A DNA stretch of 64,000 bases from a virus: positions 1 to 64,000 of IMG/VR virus record IMGVR_UViG_3300009345_000003. One strand, given 5' to 3'. A program made the position numbers and the translations under genes. Shown here piece after piece: positions 1-10,071 of the stretch. The notes beneath the pieces were generated by a model, which saw nothing but the letters and a program-made list of their open reading frames with translations, made no database searches and had not been told where the DNA came from. Each line of letters starts with the position of its first letter. Positions within the stretch are counted from its first letter, which is position 1.

Positions 1-716
1 GGATGCACTCCCCCCCCCTATGTAAAATCAACCATGCTCCATATAAATCTCCTACCTAACCGGAGTACATTGTACAGTATGAAAGTACGATCTCATACCT
101 AGGAAGAAGGATATGCACCAATGCCCCACAATAAATATGTCAATCAAACATATCATTATATTGGTTGGCGTGCTGATCGTGTCACATAATATCCCTCCAA
201 TTGGGCGGTATTTGCTCCCTGCTAAAACTTAATTAAAAAAATGATATCTAGTAAGGATGGGCGGTTACGCAATAACCTGGATTAAATATGAAATAAATAT
301 GCATATTTGAGCGTATGCATCTCATACCGCAATGATGGGTATTGCATGCCGTATAGTATTGATATCATTGTAGAAGCTTTTTTTCGGCCTTAATTCCTAC
401 CTTTTTAGTATGCAATAAAATATGCCGTAAGCACCTTGAATCGTTGAGAATAAAAAACTTCTTGCAATCTGTGCGATGGTATGAGAGAGTGCAATTGACG
501 GCGGGGAAGAGCGAACAGTGGGGGGGCGCAGCACCCAAAGGAGTCTTAGCATGATTAAAAAATTAACTTTCTTATTTAGAATAAAATTACCAAAGAGCTT
601 GGCTAACCGCTCTGGTAAAAAATCCAGTTTTGAACTACTAGATAATACTCTAGTAATATCCACTAAGTCCACAAAAACTTATGTTTTTAATTGTAAGTAT
701 TAAAAGGAGCACAGAA

Positions 717-959
717 ATGCAATTACATAATTATTACACACCCGAGTCTATGGCTGCAACATTATATGAGTATGCTACAGAAAACAATAGTTCGGTAAAT
801 GTTGTGGTCAGTGATGATCATAGCGTTCACCTTGTTGAACACGCTACAACGGGAGCTAATTTTTTCACTATGTTCTTTGCAAGTACTTACGCCGAATGTT
901 TAGAAGTAGTATTAGCTGACTGGTCAGACTTCGAAAACTACATGAGTGAGGTACTATAA
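717..959 (+). CDS. hypothetical early protein, paralog of 3259..3606
   Basis: AAGGAG RBS before ATG 717; shares YATENN..VNVVV..DHSVHLVE.ATTGANFFT...VLADWSDF with 3259..3606. Confidence 0.85.
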   Translation: MQLHNYYTPESMAATLYEYATENNSSVNVVVSDDHSVHLVEHATTGANFFTMFFASTYAECLEVVLADWSDFENYMSEVL

Positions 960-1660
960 TGGCTAAAAATTATGAAAGTATAATGCGCGACTATGAAAAA
1001 CAGCGCAATGAAATAAGAGGGAAAATTGCTTATGGTACATACACCATAAGCGATGTCTCCAGATTAGCAGAAATTGACAAGCTACAAAGACAGCTTGTCG
1101 CAAAAATGCACCAGGATGTTGAAACACAGGAAGAAAGAATGCTTAGAACAAACAATTTAACCAAAGGGGAAAAAACCATGACTATCGAAACAAAGACAAT
1201 TACTTGCAAGGTAACAGACACGTTATCTAAGTCCGGTTTGATGCGAAAGGTGGAAATTGAAGGCGCAAAAAAGGGGTGTGGATTTTTCATACCCAACTTT
1301 TTCGTTGACGTTGCCATTGCACCGGGAACTGAATTTTCGATCAACATGCCGGTTGCGCCTACACCGGAACCAGTTCCAGAACCTGAAAAGCCTGTAAAGC
1401 GTAAGGCTGCAAAGGCCGAAACAAGTGACTTGGACGATTTGCTTGAACCTGAAAAGACTAAGGCAACGGCCTACACCACCAATCAGGTCAAGCTTTTGAA
1501 GGCTTTGGAATTGACTGATATTCCAGTCACAAAAAATGGCGGATTGTACTCTTGTGGTGCGGCAAAAATCAGGCATGCAGCAACAAGACTTGCCGATAAG
1601 CTTGGTAAGCCGCTCGACGTTATTTATTCGGCTCTTAGGTCAAACTCTATAGCAAAATAG
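959..1660 (+). CDS. hypothetical protein (possible internal start at 1178)
   Basis: 233-aa ORF coupled to the upstream stop; Pro/Glu linker; second RBS AAGGGGG before in-frame ATG 1178. Confidence 0.8.
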   Translation: MAKNYESIMRDYEKQRNEIRGKIAYGTYTISDVSRLAEIDKLQRQLVAKMHQDVETQEERMLRTNNLTKGEKTMTIETKTITCKVTDTLSKSGLMRKVEIEGAKKGCGFFIPNFFVDVAIAPGTEFSINMPVAPTPEPVPEPEKPVKRKAAKAETSDLDDLLEPEKTKATAYTTNQVKLLKALELTDIPVTKNGGLYSCGAAKIRHAATRLADKLGKPLDVIYSALRSNSIAK

Positions 1661-1681
1661 CCCATAGGGTTAATCTTGTAA

Positions 1682-1708
1682 AAGCCTCCTTTAATAGGGG
1701 GCTTTTTT
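1682..1708 (+). terminator. rho-independent terminator
   Basis: AAGCCTCCT-ttaat-AGGGGGCTT stem followed by a T tract, just after the 1660 stop. Confidence 0.85.
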
Positions 1709-2261
1709 ATATCCTTCCTCTTTTACCTACTTAGTAAGTAGGTGTTTCTAGTTTTTATGGATACAACATTGTTATCATGCCTTTTGTGCCTACTTTGTTC
1801 CACAAGCAAATTAATATTTTTCTTTCGTTTTACCACTTGGTACGTTTACTGACATGCTTACATGCTGTAATCAGCACATATTACAATGCGGAGTACAGAT
1901 TGATTCACACCTGTATTTCACATTATGCTGTGTGTTGTCATGCTACTAGATATACATTGTGTAGTACACCTGCATTACCAGATGTACTCACTGAGTCATA
2001 CATATGTATATCAACACGTATCACGTTTTTTAGTGTGTGACTTATATGTTGTTATGTGCTAAAAAGACTAATGTGTGCTGAATATGCTGCACTCAGTATG
2101 TGGAGTATTACCTTATATGTGGGTACGCGCTAGGGAAACTTCCACAGGTAAAAGGAAATTTAAAATGACAGTTTTCAAGTCATTTAAATAATTGATGTTT
2201 TTATATAGTTTAGTAGGTACTTTAAATTAATTTTTAAACAAATGTCAACAAGGAGTTTTAA

Positions 2262-2750
2262 ATGAAAGCTGTACGCAATTTCAGACCCGGTGATTATGGT
2301 GATTTCAATAACAAGGTTATTTTAGAAACACGCCTAACTAACATAGACTTCAGCTACACGTCTATGTGCAAAATGGCGTTTATTAATGTTGTATTTAACA
2401 AGGTTAACTTCACAAAAGCTATCCTCGTTGGTGCTTGTTTTGAAAAGTGCTCTTTCATTAACTGCACCTTTAAAGGTGCGTGCTTAGTAGACGCAGATTT
2501 TTCTGATAATAACCTAGATGCAACGAACTTTTCAAAAGCGAAGATGAATGAAGCACTCCTGTACAGATGCAGTTTAAAAAATTGTGACTTTATAGAAACT
2601 GTATTGCGTGGAGCACATCTGCGGGGAGCATTGCTGGAAGGAGCAAACTTTACAAAGGCTGTCCTTGATGAAGCTGATTTAGTCAATGCTAATATAGCTG
2701 GCGTAAATATGTTGTACGCCAGTACAGTAGACACAAAATTCACAGCATAA
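2262..2750 (+). CDS. pentapeptide repeat protein
   Basis: Continuous (A/C/V)-(D/N)-(F/L)-x-x repeats; AGGAG RBS. Confidence 0.92.
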   Translation: MKAVRNFRPGDYGDFNNKVILETRLTNIDFSYTSMCKMAFINVVFNKVNFTKAILVGACFEKCSFINCTFKGACLVDADFSDNNLDATNFSKAKMNEALLYRCSLKNCDFIETVLRGAHLRGALLEGANFTKAVLDEADLVNANIAGVNMLYASTVDTKFTA

Positions 2751-2763
2751 ACGGAGTTTTTAA

Positions 2764-3258
2764 ATGAAGGTTGCACACAATTTCAGACCGGGTGTTCTTG
2801 GTTCTTTAGTAAGAACTATATTTGTGGACACACTGATTTCTAGCGTTGACTTCAGTGAAGAAAAGATGTGTACGTCCACATTCATAGGAGTAATTTTCGT
2901 TAATGTTAACTTCACAAAAACAAACCTTAGTGACAGTGCTTTCAAAGATTGCACGTTTATTAACTGCACCTTTGAAAATGCGGTGCTAACAGGCTGTGAT
3001 ATGACAGGCAACTGCTTGGCACATATTAACTTCGCCCATGCTAGAATGGGTAAGGCTAACTTGAACAATTGTGATTGCACAGGCACTAATTTTAAAGGTG
3101 CTGATTTAGTATCAGCAACTATGAAAAATGCGATACTTGACGGTGCTAACATGGACGGCGCATCACTTCACTGCGCCTACTTGATTGGCGTGAATATATC
3201 TGACGTGGACTTGTCAAAGGCACATATTTCCAGTGCAACGTTTGAGGAGGAGAAGTAA
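2764..3258 (+). CDS. pentapeptide repeat protein, tandem paralog
   Basis: Pentapeptide repeats; MK...NFRPG N-terminus and C.FINCTF shared with 2262..2750. Confidence 0.92.
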   Translation: MKVAHNFRPGVLGSLVRTIFVDTLISSVDFSEEKMCTSTFIGVIFVNVNFTKTNLSDSAFKDCTFINCTFENAVLTGCDMTGNCLAHINFAHARMGKANLNNCDCTGTNFKGADLVSATMKNAILDGANMDGASLHCAYLIGVNISDVDLSKAHISSATFEEEK

Positions 3259-3606
3259 ATGGAACTGCAATCTTTTTCAACACCCGAATCTGTAGCGTAT
3301 GAATTGTACTTATATGCTACAGAAAACAACTGTCCCGTGAACGTCGTAGTTAACGAAGACCATAGTGTTCACCTTGTTGAACGCGCCACAACAGGCGCAA
3401 ATTTCTTCACAGTATTCCACGTGGGGAGTACTTATGAAGAATACCTGGAAGCGGTCCTGGCCGACTGGTCAGACTTCCAAGACTATCTGGAGCAGAGTTT
3501 GGAAGCTTGGGAACAAGCTGAATGGCTTGAAGTAGAAGTGTTGCACACTCCGGTATATCTCCAGGAATACTTGGAAGAAGAATCACAACGTTTAAGGAGT
3601 AATTAA
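3259..3606 (+). CDS. hypothetical protein with acidic tail, paralog of 717..959
   Basis: GAGGAG RBS; clear sequence similarity to 717..959. Confidence 0.85.
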   Translation: MELQSFSTPESVAYELYLYATENNCPVNVVVNEDHSVHLVERATTGANFFTVFHVGSTYEEYLEAVLADWSDFQDYLEQSLEAWEQAEWLEVEVLHTPVYLQEYLEEESQRLRSN

Positions 3607-4374
3607 ATGGATAACTATATGAAAAAAGAAATAGAAAGAGCAACTAAAGACTGTAATTACATTTTACCAACTTCTTATCAAGAGGAATTGGTAAAGAATG
3701 GTTGGCAAACATACGAATGGTGGAAGCCCTATCACTCACCAGAACGTAATAAGTTTGGATTTTTCGGGAGAAATCCTCCCGGTAATTACGGCTGGAAGGT
3801 CGTATTCATTGAAAACAATTCTGAAAATCCTTTGTTATTGTGGAAGCAAATTGGCTTTTACGAAAATTTCAGAATCATAAGAAAAATGAGGGGGATTGCA
3901 AGAATATTTGAAAATGGCTTGAAAGGCTTAAAGAAATTTGATCGGGTGTCAATAGAAACCGATACAGAAGAAATAAAAGTAACCCTAAAAGCGTTAAATA
4001 CTTTCAACAGCTATGTGCCTGAAATATACACTATTTTTAAGGAGGAGCAACGGGTAGCGCATAAAAAAGAACAAATTGCGGTGCATGGGTTTAATCCGTA
4101 CACCGCTGATATATATGATCGTGACCCTATGACAAGCAAGTTAAACAGTCTAGCTCAAAGTGAAAGCTTTAAGGCTTGGGAAAGCATTTTAAGAAAACAG
4201 CACTATCGGGTGTGCATAGAACTAACGGCTGATAAAGATGAATCAAATATATTGGTTAAACAGCTCTTTTTATACAAAGGCACTACTATATGTGCCAAGG
4301 AAGAACTGTTTACAGAAAAAGAGTTCTTAAAGTTGCCTGTTAAAGCTTTTGTAAAAGACTTGCTTAAATTTTAA
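3607..4374 (+). CDS. hypothetical protein
   Basis: 255-aa ORF, AAGGAG RBS, abuts previous gene. Confidence 0.8.
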   Translation: MDNYMKKEIERATKDCNYILPTSYQEELVKNGWQTYEWWKPYHSPERNKFGFFGRNPPGNYGWKVVFIENNSENPLLLWKQIGFYENFRIIRKMRGIARIFENGLKGLKKFDRVSIETDTEEIKVTLKALNTFNSYVPEIYTIFKEEQRVAHKKEQIAVHGFNPYTADIYDRDPMTSKLNSLAQSESFKAWESILRKQHYRVCIELTADKDESNILVKQLFLYKGTTICAKEELFTEKEFLKLPVKAFVKDLLKF

Positions 4375-4428
4375 CAAGATGTTTGCACTTGACCATTTTC
4401 ATTAACTTATAATGTAAGAGTAATTAAA

Positions 4429-4866
4429 ATGAAAAATTTAACAATAGCATACATGCTGTTTATAACAGCCATGGGTATACTCTTCGTGGGTACTTATGTC
4501 ATGGAATACACAGAAGAAAGTGAAACAATGTATCGTACACAAAGCTACAAAATAATTGAAGAGATAGGTAAAAAGTGGCCTAATGTATTTGATTGGATGC
4601 ATACGCAACTTAATATACACAACAAGCAAGTTACCAATAACTTGGAATACACTAAAAGCGTGTTCCGAAAGGCAGGCGCGATGGCGATCAGAGAAGAACT
4701 AGGTATGTCAGTAGACATATCTGAACTAAACTGGTTTGAACCTTTCGGATTAGCCATATGGCTGAATGACCGGAAAGCATTAAAACCATTGTACGATGAC
4801 TGTATAGCTGACGGAAAAATAACCCGTAGCGAATACAAGCACATAAAGAAAGAAGCAGGTATGTAG
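4429..4866 (+). CDS. membrane-anchored hypothetical protein
   Basis: N-terminal hydrophobic segment; C-terminal DGKITRSEY motif. Confidence 0.75.
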   Translation: MKNLTIAYMLFITAMGILFVGTYVMEYTEESETMYRTQSYKIIEEIGKKWPNVFDWMHTQLNIHNKQVTNNLEYTKSVFRKAGAMAIREELGMSVDISELNWFEPFGLAIWLNDRKALKPLYDDCIADGKITRSEYKHIKKEAGM

Positions 4867-4890
4867 ATATCTAACTAAAAGGGGGAAACC

Positions 4891-5568
4891 ATGCCATATT
4901 TAGAATATAATAAAAATAATAAAAAGTATGAACTGAACTATTTTGCCACTACAACAGACCTTACAAGGACTATTGAATTACCTGAAGTAACGAATAGAGT
5001 AGGCTTGACGCGCTTAATGAACTCTGTCGGATCACTCTATGTAGGTGCTTACGAAGGATTATTTGTGGGTATTTTCAATGACCATGAAGGTTTCGAATCT
5101 ATAATAGTTACTGATAACACTAAAGTAGTTAGTGACTTTCTAGCGCATACCCGCAAGGGTTACTTGTATGTAACAGACGCATCTATGTGTGCTAAATTAA
5201 TGGACAAAAAAAGGACTGTGTTTTACAATGATAGCAAACAGTGGGTGCACTTTGTAAACACAGAAGGTTTGACAGAGTACGTCCAGCCCGAAGCAACCTA
5301 CTGCCTTACACAAGATAATATTACCTTGGGATTTAACACTTCCCAAGAAGGTATTAAAAGTTTCATTAAAATCGGAGAACACTGGTACAAAGGAGTAACT
5401 CCGCTAGATTTGCACCATGTAGAAGGGTACGAATGGATAGGTCATCGTGTACAGTGTTACATGATGCCTGATGGCTCAAAAGAGCTAATTATGCAAAAAA
5501 TGATTATAAACGAATCTGAAATAAAAGTCACCCGTATACCTGCAATTAACGCGATGGAAAGAGAATAG
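4891..5568 (+). CDS. hypothetical protein
   Basis: 225-aa ORF with AAGGGGG RBS. Confidence 0.8.
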   Translation: MPYLEYNKNNKKYELNYFATTTDLTRTIELPEVTNRVGLTRLMNSVGSLYVGAYEGLFVGIFNDHEGFESIIVTDNTKVVSDFLAHTRKGYLYVTDASMCAKLMDKKRTVFYNDSKQWVHFVNTEGLTEYVQPEATYCLTQDNITLGFNTSQEGIKSFIKIGEHWYKGVTPLDLHHVEGYEWIGHRVQCYMMPDGSKELIMQKMIINESEIKVTRIPAINAMERE

Positions 5569-5580
5569 CGATTTACATAA

Positions 5581-5600
5581 AGCATGGTTTTCATGTTATA
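5581..5600. promoter_or_regulatory. dyad motif AGCATG-N5-CATGTTA, overlapping a TG-n-TA extended -10-like element
   Basis: ATGGTTTTCATGTTATA is identical at 5584-5600 and 6044-6060; related copies at 12522, 14713, 21287, all intergenic. Confidence 0.55.
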
Positions 5601-5622
5601 AGCATACAAATTTGAGGTTAAT

Positions 5623-5982
5623 ATGGAAGTATCAATAGCGGTGATTAAAATTATGGCTTTAACAATGCTTGATAAAATAAACCGAACAATCAAAGCTGTA
5701 CATAATTGCGAATACTTACTTGAGCCAGACGTAGTTAACTATCTGCTAAACACACTGGTCTTAGAGGCTGAAGTATGCCAAGATGTAGCGCACGAAGTAT
5801 ACACTTTCCAGGATTATTGGAGGCATAGTGTGCGTGCTTTGCACAAGTATGCATATAATGAAGAATTGAAGCCGGAATTTAACATTCACGATGAAAAGCG
5901 AGTGCTAAAAGGAGCTATTGGGTTTATCCAGGCAGATGTAAAAGACACTTTAAATTTTTTAATCGAACTAGACAACACATAA
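5623..5982 (+). CDS. hypothetical protein
   Basis: GAGGT RBS, 119 aa. Confidence 0.75.
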   Translation: MEVSIAVIKIMALTMLDKINRTIKAVHNCEYLLEPDVVNYLLNTLVLEAEVCQDVAHEVYTFQDYWRHSVRALHKYAYNEELKPEFNIHDEKRVLKGAIGFIQADVKDTLNFLIELDNT

Positions 5983-5995
5983 AGATAACTTCAAA

Positions 5996-6027
5996 TACCC
6001 TGCCTAAATATACATTAGGCAGGGTAG
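5996..6027 (+). other. intergenic hairpin without T tract (processing site or weak terminator)
   Basis: TACCCTGCCTAA / TTAGGCAGGGTA perfect stem. Confidence 0.6.
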
Positions 6028-6075
6028 AATGAATCTATTTTTTATGGTTTTCATGTTATATTTTTAAAAGGAGGT

Positions 6076-6423
6076 GTGCAAATGAGCACAAAAAAGTTCC
6101 CTATAATTAAGGGCAAAGTGTCTTCGCAATTCTTATTTGCGATTTTAGAAGATTTTATAGAACACCAAAAAAAGTACACCGTTGTTAAAGGCCACTATGG
6201 TCTACGACAGTGGACTGCGGGTGCTAGCTTCACGCTTAGGTGTGAACCCGATGAATACTCTATAGACGACCCTTGGGTAGGGTATGATACAAGCTATTGC
6301 ACTGACGGCACTATTGATCGCCGATACTATAGCTTAAGGGCAAGCATCGAACCAGAAGCATTCAAGGCTAGGCTTTTGTACTTTTTAAAAATAAACAAAG
6401 TAGAGGTATTAAATGACCACTGA
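6076..6423 (+). CDS. hypothetical protein
   Basis: AGGAGGT RBS (likely start ATG 6082). Confidence 0.75.
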   Translation: MQMSTKKFPIIKGKVSSQFLFAILEDFIEHQKKYTVVKGHYGLRQWTAGASFTLRCEPDEYSIDDPWVGYDTSYCTDGTIDRRYYSLRASIEPEAFKARLLYFLKINKVEVLNDH

Positions 6424-6589
6424 ATTTAACGGATTTATCCGTAGCGAATTAACTGAATACACATATATCAACCACGAGGTTAGGTAAACTTGTGACTAAT
6501 GAGTACTTGGATTCTACTGAATGGGTAACAGCCTTGAAAACGTAGCTGAAGAGTTACTAGAACTATACTATGAAAACTAGGAGGAAAAC

Positions 6590-6772
6590 ATGCAAGATTA
6601 TACAATTATACTACGCCTTGAAGTTGCTGTTGGGCTAACGGCCACAAATGAAGAAGAAGCTATAGAATTGGCTTTAACAGATGCAGAATTACATGGTGAA
6701 ATATTCAGACATGGTTCTTTTGAAGTTGTAAAAGTATTCGATAACAATAAAGAGAATTGCGATGGTAACTAA
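6590..6772 (+). CDS. small hypothetical protein
   Basis: GGAGG RBS; V.L.A.NEEEAIE.A pattern typical of small phage proteins. Confidence 0.75.
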   Translation: MQDYTIILRLEVAVGLTATNEEEAIELALTDAELHGEIFRHGSFEVVKVFDNNKENCDGN

Positions 6773-7082
6773 GTACAAAAAAGCGATTAAATGCCGTTAT
6801 TTTGGTGTTAAGATAGTGCTTATGCCGTACATAGGCAACTTAACACTTGCAAAGAAAGTAGCAATGGCTGAATTATTAATAGATCACCTGTGTAATGCTG
6901 GTGCAATGTTAGAAAGAGTACCTCTTAAAACAATGGTTAACTTAATCGGCGATGGAAATTACACCGCCAGAGAAGAAAACGTGATCATAACTGACAGAGA
7001 CGGCGGTTACAGGGTAGAAAGCAACGATTGGTGTTCTACATTCATACCAACTGACAACCTTATAATACTGAGGAAAGAATGA
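6762..7082 (+). CDS. hypothetical protein
   Basis: Tiles with neighbours. Confidence 0.7.
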   Translation: MVTKYKKAIKCRYFGVKIVLMPYIGNLTLAKKVAMAELLIDHLCNAGAMLERVPLKTMVNLIGDGNYTAREENVIITDRDGGYRVESNDWCSTFIPTDNLIILRKE

Positions 7083-7417
7083 TTATACTAAAAATAAATG
7101 CGATACAGTATTTAGAAAGTGATGAGTACACAATAAAGTATGACAAGGCTGTACGTCGTACTTTAAATATCCCTGATTTATGCAATACAATTAGACCTGA
7201 CATATATGAATGGGGTATTTTTGTGGGTGAAACATTCGAAGCTGCGTTAAGCGCAGTTAGAAAAAGTATACAGGATAGGTTAGCTATATCTGACGTACAG
7301 ATTGATCCAAAACACTTTTTATTCATGGTTGTTGAGTTAGAAATACAACCTCCAGGCAGAGCATACTTAAACGATGGAGTTTTTAATTCAACTCAATACT
7401 CCGTAAGAGAAGGATAG
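7079..7417 (+). CDS. hypothetical protein
   Basis: ATGA overlap, GAGG RBS. Confidence 0.75.
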   Translation: MIILKINAIQYLESDEYTIKYDKAVRRTLNIPDLCNTIRPDIYEWGIFVGETFEAALSAVRKSIQDRLAISDVQIDPKHFLFMVVELEIQPPGRAYLNDGVFNSTQYSVREG

Positions 7418-7422
7418 CAATA

Positions 7423-7746
7423 ATGACTAATACAAATGAATTTAGAGTCAAAGGTGCATCTAACTTAGTGACGCAATGCACAAATCACTATATCAGCTAT
7501 AATAATAGTGACACATATAATTATGGTTGTGACACTACGGCTCTGGTTCCGAATAACCAGACTACGTTCTTGATTTTAAATGGGGATCATCGTGAAGCAT
7601 ATAGAGCTATAGGCGATGACTATGATGCATGCATAGATTATTTCTATGCTCATGCTAACGAACGAAACAAACTCAGCGGAATGCCTTGGTTCAGGTTTTA
7701 CGATTATTTTAAATATGTAAAATCAAAGAAGGTTAACCATGGTTGA
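7423..7746 (+). CDS. hypothetical protein
   Basis: RBS; YG.DTTALV...FLILNGDHR..Y motif. Confidence 0.75.
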   Translation: MTNTNEFRVKGASNLVTQCTNHYISYNNSDTYNYGCDTTALVPNNQTTFLILNGDHREAYRAIGDDYDACIDYFYAHANERNKLSGMPWFRFYDYFKYVKSKKVNHG

Positions 7747-8089
7747 ATATACTGATTTTACAGAACACATGTTCCACGACTGTGTAGTTACACGGTTTGG
7801 CAGAATAATCTATTGTCAGGTTAAAAGCATATACCCAAAAACAGGTGTAGAGCTATACATATATGAGCATGAACGCACGGCCTTTGTACCGTTTGATGCT
7901 ATCCAAAGCGTGCGGTTTGGATTCAACGATGCCGATAAAGAACAAGCCTTTAAAAACACATGGTTGTTCAAAGACTTTTGGGACAGATTAACGGCAGTAC
8001 CTATGACTGATTGTGAGCGGTGTGCTTTATATAAAGGCAGAGGCAACATACGCGCTGCATGGTTCAGGTTTAAAGAGAACGAAGAATGA
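7739..8089 (+). CDS. hypothetical protein
   Basis: Overlapping start/stop coupling. Confidence 0.7.
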   Translation: MVEYTDFTEHMFHDCVVTRFGRIIYCQVKSIYPKTGVELYIYEHERTAFVPFDAIQSVRFGFNDADKEQAFKNTWLFKDFWDRLTAVPMTDCERCALYKGRGNIRAAWFRFKENEE

Positions 8090-8313
8090 GTATAAAAAAC
8101 ACAGACATGAAACGTATCTTGGTATATTCTAAGCTAGACCACAAACAAGTGTACGCTCTTGTGCAAAGTACAAATACTTTGCTTGTACCAAGAAAAAGGC
8201 TGCTAATTAATAGCGATGTAGCTTCTGTGATCGACAAACACGGTTACAAGTATGCTAGAGATAGACGCATAGACCGTTATGATAGCAACTATATGCACTT
8301 CAAATTAATTTAG
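8086..8313 (+). CDS. hypothetical protein
   Basis: ATGA overlap. Confidence 0.65.
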   Translation: MSIKNTDMKRILVYSKLDHKQVYALVQSTNTLLVPRKRLLINSDVASVIDKHGYKYARDRRIDRYDSNYMHFKLI

Positions 8314-8429
8314 GAGGTACTTAGCGTGGATAATTTTCTTCAACTTATAGTAGATTGCTTCTATTAACTAAAAGAAAACGGGTATACTGTAGATACTTTT
8401 AACAAACATTACAACAAAGGATAAAGTAT

Positions 8430-8864
8430 ATGTCGATGTACTGCACACAAACGGCTTTTATAACCAAATGCACCCTTACTGAATGCACTTTTTTAGAAGA
8501 CGTAAACAACGCGCTACAAGAAAAAAGACCTGACAAAGCTACCTACGATTCAATTGTTTTGAAAGTAGTAAAAAATATAAAAGAAAAACTCAATGAAGAA
8601 GAAGTATTCACCGGACTTCATGTTGAGGCAGTAAGTTCAGGTGCGTATATTTATTCTGATGAGAATATGTACGTATACGCAGTACAGCTACTATTTGAAG
8701 AATGGGTTAAATTATTCCCTCACTTAATCATAAATTACACCTACGCTTATTACTCAACATATCCTGAAGTAGATGCGTTTGGTGGTGTTGCTGTACGAAT
8801 AAATAAGCAAGGCACATTTACTTTTGAAACAGATGACTTTTTTCAGCAACCTTCTAACAAATAA
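8430..8864 (+). CDS. hypothetical protein
   Basis: AAGGA RBS; YA...S.P..DAFGG.AV.I motif seen in phage proteins. Confidence 0.75.
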   Translation: MSMYCTQTAFITKCTLTECTFLEDVNNALQEKRPDKATYDSIVLKVVKNIKEKLNEEEVFTGLHVEAVSSGAYIYSDENMYVYAVQLLFEEWVKLFPHLIINYTYAYYSTYPEVDAFGGVAVRINKQGTFTFETDDFFQQPSNK

Positions 8865-8876
8865 GGAGTTTTAACA

Positions 8877-9128
8877 ATGACTACTATCAACGCAAGAATT
8901 ATTGGCCGTGGCGCAACCGTTACTGAATTGGCTGAAAAGCTCACACCTACATTACTGCCCAGGATTCAAAAGTTGGATAATGTTGGTAGTGTTATCGAAC
9001 TTCTGAACAGGGTTGAGGACAGACCTGAAATGTATGCTCCCTGGTGGGGTAAGGGCATGACTGAAAACGTCACAAGGCTGAAGATGATTCTTATATCTCA
9101 GTATATACCAAGCATGGAGGTGAAGTAA
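8877..9128 (+). CDS. hypothetical protein
   Basis: AAGGAG RBS. Confidence 0.75.
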   Translation: MTTINARIIGRGATVTELAEKLTPTLLPRIQKLDNVGSVIELLNRVEDRPEMYAPWWGKGMTENVTRLKMILISQYIPSMEVK

Positions 9129-9667
9129 TGAATAGAATCAATTTTTACACCAACAACAAAGGCGAAGTTGAGTTTTGTGACGTGTTACGCATAGGTATAG
9201 ATTTTACCGTCGGTTCGGTAAAATGGACATTACATGATGACTGTGGTTGGATAGCTCGTTGTAATAACGTTCCGCTGTACATGACAAAAAACAATACACT
9301 ACCAAACGCAGAAGAACACGCTGCTTGTTTACGTAAGAGTATGTTCATACACAAACACGTACATGACCCAACGGCACTATTTGTTAATAACGTCCACAAG
9401 GCACATTTCGCGAACTCTGACCTTGACATACTTAGCACAGGAGAAAGTTACCCTGTACATAACCTAGGTGGTGGTGCGATGCTTTTGTATATAAAGCATA
9501 CCACTAATAAAAACGATGAGCATATCAAGGACTTACTTACTGAAACGCACGCATCACAAGCATGCGTAAACATCATAACACACTCTGTACTATGCAATTA
9601 TGATGCACTCCTCATAGATAAGAATTCCCCTGTACAACGTCTTTACCTAGAGGAAATATTTAAATGA
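9128..9667 (+). CDS. hypothetical protein, N-terminus paralogous to 10268..10831
   Basis: F..NNK..V.FCD.L...VKW.L...W.A shared; GGAGG RBS. Confidence 0.8.
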   Translation: MNRINFYTNNKGEVEFCDVLRIGIDFTVGSVKWTLHDDCGWIARCNNVPLYMTKNNTLPNAEEHAACLRKSMFIHKHVHDPTALFVNNVHKAHFANSDLDILSTGESYPVHNLGGGAMLLYIKHTTNKNDEHIKDLLTETHASQACVNIITHSVLCNYDALLIDKNSPVQRLYLEEIFK

Positions 9668-10071
9668 AATCTAAACACTGTCTTATTAAAGGCTGTCCAA
9701 ATAAATCAGATGGTGGTCTGTTCGTAGGTGACTTATGTAAGCCTTGCTACGAAGCATTGTGCGCAGGTAAAATACCTAAAAGTGAAGGCAACTACTTGAG
9801 AGTAGAGATTGAAGAATTGAATAAAAAAATAAATAAATTAACGGCTGCTCAAAAGACAAATGCAAATGATCATTTAGAGTATGCTGACATAGTGCTAGAA
9901 AGTACGCAAAGAAGCTTAACATCTCTAAGTGTTGCTACAAAAGAACTTGAATCGCCACTGATACAATCAATGCCTAAAATACTACTAATGGAATTTCTAC
10001 AAACACATGCAGCGCAAATATTTAAAGCACGAAAAGCTATGTATAAAACGGAGGATAAAAAAAATGAGTAA
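9664..10071 (+). CDS. hypothetical protein with Cys-rich N-terminus and coiled coil
   Basis: CLIKGCPN...FVGDLCKPCY. Confidence 0.75.
   Translation: MKSKHCLIKGCPNKSDGGLFVGDLCKPCYEALCAGKIPKSEGNYLRVEIEELNKKINKLTAAQKTNANDHLEYADIVLESTQRSLTSLSVATKELESPLIQSMPKILLMEFLQTHAAQIFKARKAMYKTEDKKNE

Noticed and set aside
397-703. ORFs 397..672 (-) and 518..703 (+)
   Set aside because: No convincing RBS or protein-like features; likely promoter or terminal region
1777-2040. 87-aa ORF as a real gene
   Set aside because: No RBS, atypical His/Cys/Tyr composition, lies in a repeat-rich non-coding block
717-3606. Diversity-generating retroelement template/variable repeat pair
   Set aside because: Differences are not adenine-specific and no reverse transcriptase is in the window
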